Below, one piece after another: positions 1 to 8,918 of a stretch of 31,027 nucleotides of DNA. Below the pieces are notes generated by a model. The model had not been told where the DNA came from. It was given only the letters and a program-made list of their open reading frames with translations, and made no database searches. The stretch spans positions 1 through 31,027 of the forward strand of contig JAXDJL010000160.1 in the NCBI GenBank assembly GCA_034665685.1. The letters run 5' to 3'. Source of the stretch: Actinomycetota bacterium (lineage in GTDB: Bacteria > Actinomycetota > CADDZG01 > WHSQ01). Position 1 is the stretch's first letter, and each line of letters begins with the position of its first letter. A program made the translations under genes and the position numbers.

Positions 1-513
1 GCCCATCTAGATTTCGTCGACGAACGGTTCGGAGTCACCGAAGGCCACGGAAACGTCATGAGGCGGATAGCTGAGATGCCCCACGTCTCCGGGCTTGCAC
101 AGATCGGGATCAGGGGGCCGGGCTCGAGCGACCCTGCCGACTTCGAGAAGGCCCGAAGTATGGGCAGCGTGATCATCGGGCCGCGCGAGTTCAGGCGGAT
201 CGGAGTTGACGCGGTGCTCAGCCGGGTTCCTCAGGCAGATGTTTATTACGTAACGATCGACTGTGACGGGTTCGATCCGGCTTTGATGCCCGGCAATGGT
301 TCCCCCTCCCCCGGTGGGTTCACGTATCACGAGGTTGTGGACTTCCTCAGAGCACTCGCTTTCGATCGAAAGAACGTGGTTGGAGTGGACTTCGTCGAGG
401 TGAACCCCACGTACGACCCAACGGGGGTAACCCAGCAAACCGCGGCGCGCGTTCTGCTGGACTTCCTGGGGGCCATCTACAAGGTGCGGGAGGGAACGCA
501 TGCGACGGGCTGA
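1..513 (+). CDS. Ureohydrolase (agmatinase/arginase family), 5'-truncated by the window edge
   Basis: Frame is open from base 1: AHLDFVDERFGVTEGHGNVMRR (tail of the DAHxD metal motif), QIGIRG, YVTIDCDGFDP (DxDxxDP), PGG, GVDFVEVNPTYD. The ORF-track ATG at 58 is internal. Confidence 0.92.
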   Translation, partial: AHLDFVDERFGVTEGHGNVMRRIAEMPHVSGLAQIGIRGPGSSDPADFEKARSMGSVIIGPREFRRIGVDAVLSRVPQADVYYVTIDCDGFDPALMPGNGSPSPGGFTYHEVVDFLRALAFDRKNVVGVDFVEVNPTYDPTGVTQQTAARVLLDFLGAIYKVREGTHATG

Positions 514-567
514 TCAAGTTCCCCTACGCCGTGGTTCTCTCACGTCCGAAGGAAGGGCGGAGGTCGC

Positions 568-819
568 GTGGATCAAGTGATCCAGGTGTCCGGAGCGATC
601 CTCATCCTGTCCGCCTTCATGTTGGCTCAGATGGGACGGATCTCGGTGGAGTCTCTTCCGTACCTCTACCTGAACGCAGCGGGGGCCGGGACCTTGGCAG
701 TCGATGCGTTTCGAAACGAACAGTGGGGGTTCGTCCTCCTGGAGGGTGTTTGGTTCCTAGTCACCCTCTGGAGCCTCACTCGGGCTTGGAGAGCGAAGAC
801 CCCTCACACATCCGACTGA
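568..819 (+). CDS. Small 3-TM membrane protein, CBU_0592-like family
   Basis: 83 aa hydrophobic protein with the pattern GAILILSAF...YLYLNAAGA..LAVDA...QWGFVLLEGVW; GTG start with purine-rich AGGGCGGAGG upstream. Family recognised from memory. Confidence 0.7.
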   Translation: MDQVIQVSGAILILSAFMLAQMGRISVESLPYLYLNAAGAGTLAVDAFRNEQWGFVLLEGVWFLVTLWSLTRAWRAKTPHTSD

Positions 820-1400
820 GGGTCCTCTGCGTCGGTGCCCAAGAGAGACTGCTGCCACTGCGCGATGTCGATTACACGCGTCTTGTAGTACGTCTGCATA
901 TAGCGAAGTGCGCGCTGATGCTCGGAGAAGTCGGGGGCATCGCAGGCATCCTCCAAAACACTCGTAGCAAACGTCCGTACGAATCCATCCCAAACGGTGT
1001 GCTGAACGCAGCAATCGGTCTGGATTCCGATAACGACTATTTCCCTGACGGAAAGTTCCCGTAGGAGTAGATCGAGTTGTGTGCCCGGGAATGCGCTGTA
1101 GCGCTTCTTTGGGATGATGAAATCCGACGTCGTGGGCTTCAGTTGATCGATTATCTCGGCGCCTGCCGTGCCCGCAATAGCGTGTTCCCCCCAAACCTTG
1201 TATTCCACCGTGGTGGGCATCTCACGTGCTTCAAAATGGTCGTTCGTGTAGATGATCGGGACGTCAGCTTCGCGAGCAACGGCGATCGCGCGCTCACATC
1301 CGCCGATGACGCGCTCTTTCTGCGGCGTCGCAGGAAGACTAGGCGGCCTGCCATGAACGAAATCGTTGATCATGTCAACAACAACCAGCGCTTGACTCAC
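804..1400 (-). CDS. Isochorismatase-family cysteine hydrolase (nicotinamidase-like amidase)
   Basis: Catalytic triad motifs VVVDMINDF (Asp), IPKKRYSAF (Lys), GIQTDCCV (Cys); WGEH. Start moved to GTG 1400 (GGAGG 5 nt upstream); the ORF-track extension to 1448 runs through a hairpin. Confidence 0.9.
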   Translation of the reverse strand: MSQALVVVDMINDFVHGRPPSLPATPQKERVIGGCERAIAVAREADVPIIYTNDHFEAREMPTTVEYKVWGEHAIAGTAGAEIIDQLKPTTSDFIIPKKRYSAFPGTQLDLLLRELSVREIVVIGIQTDCCVQHTVWDGFVRTFATSVLEDACDAPDFSEHQRALRYMQTYYKTRVIDIAQWQQSLLGTDAEDPQSDV

Positions 1401-1415
1401 GATCGCCTCCCATAA

Positions 1416-1443
1416 GGCTGGCGGAGATGACTCTCCGCCAGCC
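1416..1443 (-). terminator. Perfect 12-bp stem-loop between the binding-protein gene and the amidase (terminator or 3' stabilising hairpin)
   Basis: GGCTGGCGGAGA (1416-1427), 4-nt loop, TCTCCGCCAGCC (1432-1443); only a short TTAT follows on the minus strand. Confidence 0.65.
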
Positions 1444-1459
1444 CTCACGACGAGATCCT

Positions 1460-2578
1460 CTAAACGTCTGACGGGTCAAAATCCTCCGGTGCCATGTCGT
1501 TCGAAGTTTCGATCGAACCCACATCATCACTCGTGTAGACGGGCGCATCGAAGATGTACAGGATCTTTGGAGGCAGTGGCGTGAGCGCCTCATATGAAGG
1601 AAGGTCCACTTCCTCACCGTTCAACGACTTGATGGCGAGCTGTACGCCCAGGCGTCCCGTCAAAACAGGCCGCTCACTCTGAACGTAATCAACGAGGCCT
1701 TGCTCCAGAAAATTCAGCGTCTCCTCATTCAACGTTGATACGAGAACATCTGTATCTCCCTCGCGGCCCTCTGCCTCCAGCGCCGCCCCCGCACCTTCAC
1801 CCAAGGGGGCGGCTACGGCGATAATCGCGTCAATCTGATCCCCTGTGACCAACCAGTCCTCGACCACCTGCTGGGCGACGGCGCGATCCACATCCGTACT
1901 CTTTTCGAAGACGACCTCGAGACCGGGGTGGGACTCTGCGATGCGATCTTCGAAGCCCTTGACACGATCCATCGCCCAGTTCGCTCCGGCGGGTCCCGAG
2001 AGAACAGCGATCTTCGCATCCGGGTTTTTCTCGGCGACCCAGTCTGCCATGGCCTCGCCCACCGCCGGATCGTAGTTGTTCACGCCGTACGCGACCTTCT
2101 CACTGGCCGACATGTTCGCAAGGTTGATAACAACCGTGCCACTGTCGGCCGCTCTGTCGGCGATGGCTGCGGTGCCTTCATAGTCGTTTGGCGCGAAAAG
2201 GATCGCGTCAACGTCCAGTTGGATGAGGTCCTCGACTTGCTCTATCTGAGTATCGAGGTTCTCGTAGCCGCCCGCCTCGTACACGGCCTCGATCGTGCAT
2301 CCTGCTCGTCTCGCCTCATCCGCGGCGCCGTACGCTATCGCTACCCAGAAAGGGTCACGGAAGTGGGGAAGGGCCATCCCGAGCTTGCATTCCCCTTCGG
2401 GAGCCGACGGATCCAGATATCCACCTAGATCCGCCTTTGTAGACCCCGCCACCTCGCCGCCACTACTTGGCTCGTCTGCGGAGTCGTCGCCTCCGCCGCA
2501 CGCACCGGCGACAAGAAGCAGCACCATCGTCGTCAAAACCCATCGCAACAACACACTCTTCCGTTTACTTTGCACCAT
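1460..2578 (-). CDS. ABC transporter substrate-binding lipoprotein, RbsB/LacI fold, TorT-like
   Basis: Lipobox VAGAC after a hydrophobic stretch; PHFRDPFWVAIAYG, EAGGYENLDTQIEQVEDLI, VLSGPAG; AAGGAGG RBS. Confidence 0.9.
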   Translation of the reverse strand: MVQSKRKSVLLRWVLTTMVLLLVAGACGGGDDSADEPSSGGEVAGSTKADLGGYLDPSAPEGECKLGMALPHFRDPFWVAIAYGAADEARRAGCTIEAVYEAGGYENLDTQIEQVEDLIQLDVDAILFAPNDYEGTAAIADRAADSGTVVINLANMSASEKVAYGVNNYDPAVGEAMADWVAEKNPDAKIAVLSGPAGANWAMDRVKGFEDRIAESHPGLEVVFEKSTDVDRAVAQQVVEDWLVTGDQIDAIIAVAAPLGEGAGAALEAEGREGDTDVLVSTLNEETLNFLEQGLVDYVQSERPVLTGRLGVQLAIKSLNGEEVDLPSYEALTPLPPKILYIFDAPVYTSDDVGSIETSNDMAPEDFDPSDV

Positions 2579-2667
2579 TCCTCCTTAGATCGATTCCGGC
2601 CGCCATCATGGACAAACCAGCGGGGTCCTCCTTCCGCTCATGCGCATTCCTCGGTGATGTTCAGACC

Positions 2668-3705
2668 TCACGTTCGCACCCGCTTCCTCCAGCCGTCCAA
2701 CACCACGGCCGTGACGATCACGACACCGATCGCCATCAGCTGGATGTAGGAAGAAACACGTAGGAGATTCAGCCCGTTCGAGAGGATGCTGATGATGATG
2801 GCCCCCCACACGACATTTCCCAGCCGGCCCTCTCCACCACCGAGCGCGAAGCCGCCGATGATCACCGCTGCTAGAGCTTCGAGTTCGAGCCCGGTTCCTA
2901 GATTTGGCTGCCCTGAATCGACCCGCGACGTTAAGACGGCAGCACCGATCCCCGTTATGACGCCACAAAGGATGTAGGAGATTGCCTTCACTCGTCTAAC
3001 GGGAATACCTGCGAGGCGCGCGGCTTCGACATTTCCACCCGTTGCATAGAGATGTCGTCCATAGGTGGTCCGATTCAGCACGATCCAACCAATGACGAAT
3101 ACAGCTGTCGCGATGATGAACGGCATCGACAGAGGGCCGATTTCTCCCTCGCCTAGAAACCCAAAGTTATCGTTGAATCCATAGATCGGAACTCCGTCCG
3201 ATATGTAGAGAGCAAGACCCCGAGCGAAGCTGAGCATTCCTAAGGTCACTACGAACGGAGACACCCCAAAGGTCGAGATGGTGAGTCCGTTGACGACGCC
3301 GACACCTCCCGCCGCCACTACCGACATGCCTAGCCCGGCAGCCAACCCCCACGATTGCGTCGCGAGCGCCATCACCACGCTGGCGAGCCCCACTTGCGAA
3401 CCAATGGAGATGTCGAAGCCTCCGCCGAGGACTGGGAAGGCTTGCGCAAAAGCAAAGACCGCGAGAAGGGCAAACTGCCTTGCAACGTTGACCCCGTTAT
3501 CGAGGGTAGCGAAGCGCGGCTCTTGAATGGCGAAGAAGACGCACAAGAGAACTGCGGCTAGAGGGATTCCAGCTTGAAGTAGGGCCGCCGAGAGCCTGGT
3601 GAATTCCAGCCGTCGCGAGGACGGTTTCGAAGACTTCGAAAGCCCGTCATCCTCCCGTCCAGCTTCCGTTACCTGGTTCGTTTCGGACTCATTCCCCTGC
3701 GGCAT
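2668..3705 (-). CDS. ABC transporter permease, RbsC/BPD_transp_2 family
   Basis: GGFDISIGS, SPFVVTLGML, YGRHLYATGGNVEAARLAGI, LELEALAAVIIGG. Start moved to ATG 3705 (GAGGAG RBS, 1 nt after the ATPase stop). Confidence 0.93.
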   Translation of the reverse strand: MPQGNESETNQVTEAGREDDGLSKSSKPSSRRLEFTRLSAALLQAGIPLAAVLLCVFFAIQEPRFATLDNGVNVARQFALLAVFAFAQAFPVLGGGFDISIGSQVGLASVVMALATQSWGLAAGLGMSVVAAGGVGVVNGLTISTFGVSPFVVTLGMLSFARGLALYISDGVPIYGFNDNFGFLGEGEIGPLSMPFIIATAVFVIGWIVLNRTTYGRHLYATGGNVEAARLAGIPVRRVKAISYILCGVITGIGAAVLTSRVDSGQPNLGTGLELEALAAVIIGGFALGGGEGRLGNVVWGAIIISILSNGLNLLRVSSYIQLMAIGVVIVTAVVLDGWRKRVRT

Positions 3706-3706
3706 G

Positions 3707-5248
3707 CTAAGCACTCCTCGGCACAGGGTCGTCACCGAATGCCAGCTTCGCGATCTTCTCCTCCGACGCTTCCGCTCTGGTCAACCTCGCCACGACCTTT
3801 CCCGTCCGCATCACGTAGACGACGTCGCACAAACCGAGTACCTCCTCCAACTCACTTGAGAAGAGGAGGACGCCCGCCTCCTGGTCGACAAGGTCTCGAA
3901 CGAGCTGATAGATGTGCGATTTGGCGCCAACGTCGACCCCGCGAGTGGGTTCATCGAGCACGAAAAGGCGCGCTCGCGCGGCAATCGCTCTGCCGAGAAT
4001 CACCTTCTGTTGGTTTCCGCCGCTCAACTCCCGAATGGCGGTGCGCGAGTCGCGGGCGCGAATGTCCAGCTGCTCCTTGATGCTGCCGTAAAGCTCCTCT
4101 TCATCCCGGGGCCGAATGAAACCGTTCCGACCGATGATCCGAAGGGCAGACAAGGCCAGATTCGTCCTTACCGAGAGAGCAGGAATCACGCCATCCCGCT
4201 GACGGTCTCCAGGTATGTACGCAACACCCAGGCGGACCGTGTCAACAGGTGAATCGATTCGGACGGTCTCGCCAAACAACTCGATAGTGCCTACTGACGC
4301 AACTTCAGCACCGACGACCGCTCGTAACAACTCTGATTGACCCGAACCTTCGAGACCAGCAAGGCCGACGATCTCACCCTTCCGAACCACCAGGTCGACA
4401 TCATCGAACGCAGGCGGCCTCGACAGCCCGCGTAGTCGCAGGGCCTCTTGAGGAACCGACCCTGACTTAACCGCTGGGAACCACTCGCTCAGGTCGCGTC
4501 CGATCATCATCCGGATGAGGTCCGGGATCTCGACCTCATCCGTTCGCCTGGTAGCGACTAGACAACCATCCCTGAGCACTGTCACTTTGTCCGAGATCTG
4601 CTGCACTTCGGCAAGTTTGTGGGTCACGTAAACGACGCCCACACCCTTACCCTTCAATCTCTCGACAACGTCGAAGAGCCGTTCTATCTCTCGGTCATTC
4701 AACGACGAAGTCGGCTCGTCAAGGATCAGAAGCCGCATCGACGCAAGGAGCGCCCGCCCTATCTCCACAAGCTGGCGTTGATCAGCGGGCAAATCGCGGA
4801 CCTTGGTGCTGATGTCAATCTGCGGAGCGATCTCATCCAGGGCGGAACGAGCACGTTTGGCCATTCGGGCTCGATCCGTGAAGAATCGCATTCGGGGATG
4901 GTTCAGTTCCTGCCCCAGAAACAGGTTCTCCTCTACAGTTAGCTCCCCCACGAGGGAACCCTCCTGATAGATCGTCGCTACGCCGCTTCTACGCGCTTGC
5001 ACCGGCGAGTTGAAGCTCATTGCGACGCCGCCCATCAGCAGGTCCCCACCATCGGGCCGAACCGCGCCCGAGAGGATCTTGATAAGCGTCGATTTCCCGG
5101 CGCCGTTTTCACCGACTAACGCATGCACCTCACCCCCGTAGAGATCGAGCGAGACCGCGTCCAAGGCAAGGACCCCCGGATAGGCCTTTCTTATGTGACT
5201 AGCAGTTAGCAGCGGCCGCTCGTCCAACGCTTTCGTCGGGGTTGTCAT
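3707..5248 (-). CDS. Sugar-type ABC ATP-binding protein with two ATPase domains (RbsA-like)
   Basis: GENGAGKS Walker A, LILDEPT, YVTHKL; second domain LSGGNQQK, LDEPTRGVDVGAK. Confidence 0.96.
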   Translation of the reverse strand: MTTPTKALDERPLLTASHIRKAYPGVLALDAVSLDLYGGEVHALVGENGAGKSTLIKILSGAVRPDGGDLLMGGVAMSFNSPVQARRSGVATIYQEGSLVGELTVEENLFLGQELNHPRMRFFTDRARMAKRARSALDEIAPQIDISTKVRDLPADQRQLVEIGRALLASMRLLILDEPTSSLNDREIERLFDVVERLKGKGVGVVYVTHKLAEVQQISDKVTVLRDGCLVATRRTDEVEIPDLIRMMIGRDLSEWFPAVKSGSVPQEALRLRGLSRPPAFDDVDLVVRKGEIVGLAGLEGSGQSELLRAVVGAEVASVGTIELFGETVRIDSPVDTVRLGVAYIPGDRQRDGVIPALSVRTNLALSALRIIGRNGFIRPRDEEELYGSIKEQLDIRARDSRTAIRELSGGNQQKVILGRAIAARARLFVLDEPTRGVDVGAKSHIYQLVRDLVDQEAGVLLFSSELEEVLGLCDVVYVMRTGKVVARLTRAEASEEKIAKLAFGDDPVPRSA

Positions 5249-5296
5249 CAGGACGGCCTCACTCGCCGACTCTCCAGGAACAACACGCGGCGGCTG

Positions 5297-6301
5297 TCAC
5301 GGCGAGAAGAGGGGAACGATCTCTCTGGCAATGAGATCGAGTTGTTTTGGATCGTCGGAGGTCGGCCCCAGCATGAGGTGATCCAATCCGACATCGATGA
5401 GATCCTGGATACGAGCCAAAATATCGTCCATCGAGCCCAGGAGATATGACTCTTGCAGGTGCTCGAAGGTTCTATGCGTTCCCATGATCTCCTCGAAGAA
5501 AGGACGCTGGACCTCCAGCGCCTTCTCGCGATTCGATGTGTCTACGAGGTAGGTGAACTGACAATGTGAAAAGGTGAACTCCGACCGGTCTTTGCCTGCC
5601 TTTTGCAGCCCTTTCTGCACCTGCTGCCAATCGTTTTTCACGAAGTCCTGATTGCCGGCACACCGAGAGATCCAGCCATCGGATCTGACGATCCGATCAA
5701 GCACGGGTCGCGCCATGACGGGAACGTCGTGATAGTCGGGATCTGGGATCCGTGAGCCTCCTCCCGCCCATACCTGAGGTAACTTCGGTGGGCGAGGCTC
5801 GATCGTGACATCGTCGAATTTGAAGAAGCGTCCTTCGAAAGAAACCTTGTCCTCAGACAGCAATCTAAGGACCGCACTCAGTACCTCGTCCGTCCGCCGT
5901 CCTCGTTCAGAGATGTCGTTACCTACGGCCGTGTATTCGTCCGGGAACCACCCAGGCCCGATGCCGAAGACGAATCGCCCGCTCGTGAGGTAATCGAGGG
6001 TGGCGATCTCCTTCGCCAACACCACTGGATGCCGCAGTGGTAAGACGAGGATCCCCGTCCCAACCCGGGTACCGGGTACCAGGGCCGCGGCGTAGGTCAG
6101 CGTCGTCATGGGCTCCAGCCAGGACACGCCATACAACCCTTCTGCGTGAAGAAGGTGGTCGATAACCCAAAGATCGAGGCCGAGCTCATCGGCGCGAATG
6201 GAGAAGTCGCGTACGCTCTGTTTGACTCGATCGTACGAGAGATCCTTATACGTGTACGAGGGAATCCAACACCCAACAGGACGCTCTTCGGCTTTGGTCA
6301 T
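5297..6301 (-). CDS. LLM-class flavin/F420-dependent oxidoreductase (LLM-1)
   Basis: LWVIDH, LEPMTTLTYAAA, GTGILVLPLRHPVVLAKEIATLDYLTSGRFVFGIGPGW, PKLPQVWAGG. Start set at ATG 6301 because the ORF-track TTG at 6376 is the -35 box. Confidence 0.9.
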   Translation of the reverse strand: MTKAEERPVGCWIPSYTYKDLSYDRVKQSVRDFSIRADELGLDLWVIDHLLHAEGLYGVSWLEPMTTLTYAAALVPGTRVGTGILVLPLRHPVVLAKEIATLDYLTSGRFVFGIGPGWFPDEYTAVGNDISERGRRTDEVLSAVLRLLSEDKVSFEGRFFKFDDVTIEPRPPKLPQVWAGGGSRIPDPDYHDVPVMARPVLDRIVRSDGWISRCAGNQDFVKNDWQQVQKGLQKAGKDRSEFTFSHCQFTYLVDTSNREKALEVQRPFFEEIMGTHRTFEHLQESYLLGSMDDILARIQDLIDVGLDHLMLGPTSDDPKQLDLIAREIVPLFSP

Positions 6302-6347
6302 GACCCTCGCACGGAGACTTATGGGCTCGAGCGCCCGAATGTCCGAG

Positions 6348-6376
6348 AGTGTAGTCGCGAGGTCGTTTGATGTCAA
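6348..6376 (-). promoter_or_regulatory. Sigma70-type promoter of the LLM-1 / sugar-type ABC / amidase operon
   Basis: TTGACA (6376-6371), 17 nt, TACACT (6353-6348). Confidence 0.75.
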
Positions 6377-6380
6377 GATT
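6363..6380. promoter_or_regulatory. Candidate MarR (PecS/TamR-type) operator
   Basis: TCGTTTGATGTCAAGATT, 13/18 to TATCTTGACGTCAAGATA; overlaps the -35 box. Confidence 0.6.
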
Positions 6381-6427
6381 CTGAAGAAGAAGAGATTTAT
6401 CCCGGCGGGCGGATCCCGGGATCGACG

Positions 6428-7249
6428 CTACTCCTGCAGTACCCCTTCGTTTCTCAGGAGCTTCGTGATCTTGTCGACGCGGTCAAGGAATTCGGGTGTC
6501 TTTTGATCATCGAGCTTCCGCGGTCTCGCGAGATCGACGGGCAGGTCAACGAGAACACGACCCGGCCTCGGGGAGAAAACCACAATCCGGTCGGCTAGGA
6601 ACACGGCCTCAGTGATGCTGTGCGTGACAAAGATCACCGTCTTCTGATCGTTGAGCCACAAGGCCTGTAGGTCGATTCCCATCTGATCGCGTGTCAACGC
6701 GTCGAGGGCGGCGAACGGCTCGTCCATCAGCAACAGGGGCGGATCGTGCAGTAACGCCCGGCAGATGGCAACTCTTTGTTTCATACCCCCTGATAGGCCC
6801 GAAGGGTATGAGTCCTCGAAGCCCCCAAGCTTTGTCGACTCCATGAGCTCGAGAGCGCGAGCACGCGCCTTCTCCTTGTCCATCCTCCGCACTTCCGCCT
6901 GCATCATGATGTTCCGTAATGCAGTCCTCCACTCGAGCAGGGTCGGATCCTGAAAGACGATCCCCAGATCCGTATAGGGACGACGAACCTCATGGTCGCC
7001 AAGCCGAACGCGGCCGGTGGTGGGCTTTAGTAAACCGGCGACCGTCAGCAAGAGCGTGCTCTTCCCACACCCGCTCGGACCGAGGAAGACGACGAATTCG
7101 CCGGCTGCGATCTCTAGATCGACCTCTTTGAGCGCTTCGACGCGTCTGCCTTCGTTGGTTACGTAGGAATGGCCGACGCCTTGGATAGAGATCGGGACCC
7201 CCACAGGTGCTCGCACGTCCGGGGGGACACTCTGGATCTGGCGGCTCAT
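6428..7249 (-). CDS. ABC ATP-binding protein, NitT/TauT/SsuB family
   Basis: GPSGCGKST, LSGGMKQRVAICRAL, LLMDEPFAALDALTR, FVTHSITEAVFLADR. Confidence 0.96.
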   Translation of the reverse strand: MSRQIQSVPPDVRAPVGVPISIQGVGHSYVTNEGRRVEALKEVDLEIAAGEFVVFLGPSGCGKSTLLLTVAGLLKPTTGRVRLGDHEVRRPYTDLGIVFQDPTLLEWRTALRNIMMQAEVRRMDKEKARARALELMESTKLGGFEDSYPSGLSGGMKQRVAICRALLHDPPLLLMDEPFAALDALTRDQMGIDLQALWLNDQKTVIFVTHSITEAVFLADRIVVFSPRPGRVLVDLPVDLARPRKLDDQKTPEFLDRVDKITKLLRNEGVLQE

Positions 7250-8079
7250 GTGGTCTTGCTCCTCATGTATTCGCTTCCAAGACGCGCTGTCGCGCCTCTC
7301 GCGATGAGACTGGCCCCTCCATAGAACACCATCCCCAGCGCCGCGACGACCAGGATGGCGGCGAATGCCAAAGTTGTGTCGCGGTTCCCACTTGCTATGA
7401 GCAGGAGGTTCCCGAGGCCCTCAGCCGATCCAACAAACTCTGCGACGAGGGTCCCGACGACGGCGAGCGTGGCTGCCGTCCGGAAGGCCGCAGCGATGTA
7501 CGGGGCTGCCGAAGGAAACCAGATGTAGCGGACGAGACCGAACGAGCGGCAGCCGATCGAGCGGGCGAGTTGAGAGGTGGTAACGGTGATGCTCTCCACT
7601 CCGACGATGGTGGCAAGCGTGAGCGGGAAGAAAGTAACCAGGGTGGTGATGATGAGCTTGGGTGCGGCGCCAAAGCCCAGCCACGCGACGAACAGTGGCG
7701 CGAGAGCTACCTTTGGGATGCTCTGGATCGCGACGATCGGCGGCATGAGCACCCGACGTAGCGGCTTGTAACGGGCGATAACGAAGCCCAAGGGCACGCC
7801 GAAGGCCACGCTTAGGGCGAGGCCGGTGATCGCTATGAGCCCTGTCGCTTGCGCCTCATTGAAGAGCGCAGAGCGATTCTCGAACATGCTCGCGACGACT
7901 GTTTCGGGACTGGGGAGGATGTATTTCGGAATGTCGAATAGGGCAACGACTCCGAACCAGATGAGCCCGACCACAATCGCAGAGACCATCGGAAGCACCA
8001 AGCTCATCGATGTTCCGATCGCGCCCGAGCCAAACTGTCGGCCGGCCTCGCTCGCTGCCTGCTGAGACTCTGTTCTCAT
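7246..8079 (-). CDS. ABC permease, NitT/TauT/SsuC family
   Basis: PKYILPSP, SIPKVALAPLFVAWLGFG, EAA-type loop, LVAEFVGSAEGLG. Start moved to ATG 8079 (TGATG overlap with the upstream stop). Confidence 0.92.
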   Translation of the reverse strand: MRTESQQAASEAGRQFGSGAIGTSMSLVLPMVSAIVVGLIWFGVVALFDIPKYILPSPETVVASMFENRSALFNEAQATGLIAITGLALSVAFGVPLGFVIARYKPLRRVLMPPIVAIQSIPKVALAPLFVAWLGFGAAPKLIITTLVTFFPLTLATIVGVESITVTTSQLARSIGCRSFGLVRYIWFPSAAPYIAAAFRTAATLAVVGTLVAEFVGSAEGLGNLLLIASGNRDTTLAFAAILVVAALGMVFYGGASLIARGATARLGSEYMRSKTT

Positions 8080-8918
8080 CAGAACCCCTTCCCTGCACGC
8101 GTGCCGCGCAAGAGAAGGAGCTCGGCTACATCGACCGCTCGGACCATGGCCCAGCACATGATCATCAAAGAGATCAACGCGCCGTAGAGAAATCCGCCGT
8201 TGAGCTGTCTCGCCGACGTGACGATCATGTACCCAAGACCCTTGTCACTCCCCAGGTATTCGCCCAGTACCGCACCGATCGCCGCGAGTGTCACCCCCAG
8301 CCTGATTCCGCTAAGGAACGACGGCAACGCCACCCAGATCCGGAAACTGAAGAAGCGGCGTAGGGGGCCGGCACCCATGCTGGAGGCGAGCAACTGCTGT
8401 TCCCGAGTGAATCGCTCCAGGCCCACAACGGTGGCCACCAAGATCGGGAAGAAGGCGATCAGGGAAGCCATCACGATCTTTGGCGTCGCTGAGAAACCCC
8501 ACCAGATGATGAAGATCGGAGCCAGGGCCTCCTTGGGCGCCGACTGCGCGACGACCATGAGCGGGAAGACGGCCTTCCGCACGATGTCGACCGAGACGAT
8601 CAATGCGGCCCACGCAACCGCCGCCCCCGTTGCCACCGCAAGGCCCAGCAGGATCTCGGTCGCGGTCACACGAGCGTTGGTTAAGAAAAAGCTTGAGCTC
8701 GTGGTCAAAGCGGTCCATACCTCACTTGGTGGGGGGATCAGATATGTGGGGACGTCCCATATCGACGTGGCCGCCCACCAAACGAGGCCCACCAAAGCGA
8801 TGGTGACCGTGATGACGAGCATGCGGCGCAGAAGGCCGGCGATGATCGCCACCGGCCTCCTGCGCACATCTTGGCCTGATTCGTCGGTTCGAGCAGCGTT
8901 GCTACTCGATGAAGTCAT
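8079..8918 (-). CDS. ABC permease, NitT/TauT/SsuC family (second)
   Basis: PTYLIPPP, QSAPKEALAPIFIIWWGF, VLGEYLGSDKGLGYMI. Confidence 0.92.
   Translation of the reverse strand: MTSSSSNAARTDESGQDVRRRPVAIIAGLLRRMLVITVTIALVGLVWWAATSIWDVPTYLIPPPSEVWTALTTSSSFFLTNARVTATEILLGLAVATGAAVAWAALIVSVDIVRKAVFPLMVVAQSAPKEALAPIFIIWWGFSATPKIVMASLIAFFPILVATVVGLERFTREQQLLASSMGAGPLRRFFSFRIWVALPSFLSGIRLGVTLAAIGAVLGEYLGSDKGLGYMIVTSARQLNGGFLYGALISLMIMCWAMVRAVDVAELLLLRGTRAGKGF

Noticed and set aside
5297-6301. RutA pyrimidine monooxygenase
   Set aside because: Lacks the RutA N-terminal FxPIGNNGW signature; the resemblance to the Rut pathway is only at the fold level.
6302-6376. 25-aa N-terminal extension of LLM-1 from TTG 6376
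   Set aside because: That TTG is the start of a TTGACA -35 box, and the remnant copy also begins near the VGCW segment.
6399-6422. ATCCCGG/CCGGGAT stem as a terminator after the NitT/TauT ATPase
   Set aside because: Only 7 bp with a 10-nt loop and followed by AAATC, too weak to call.
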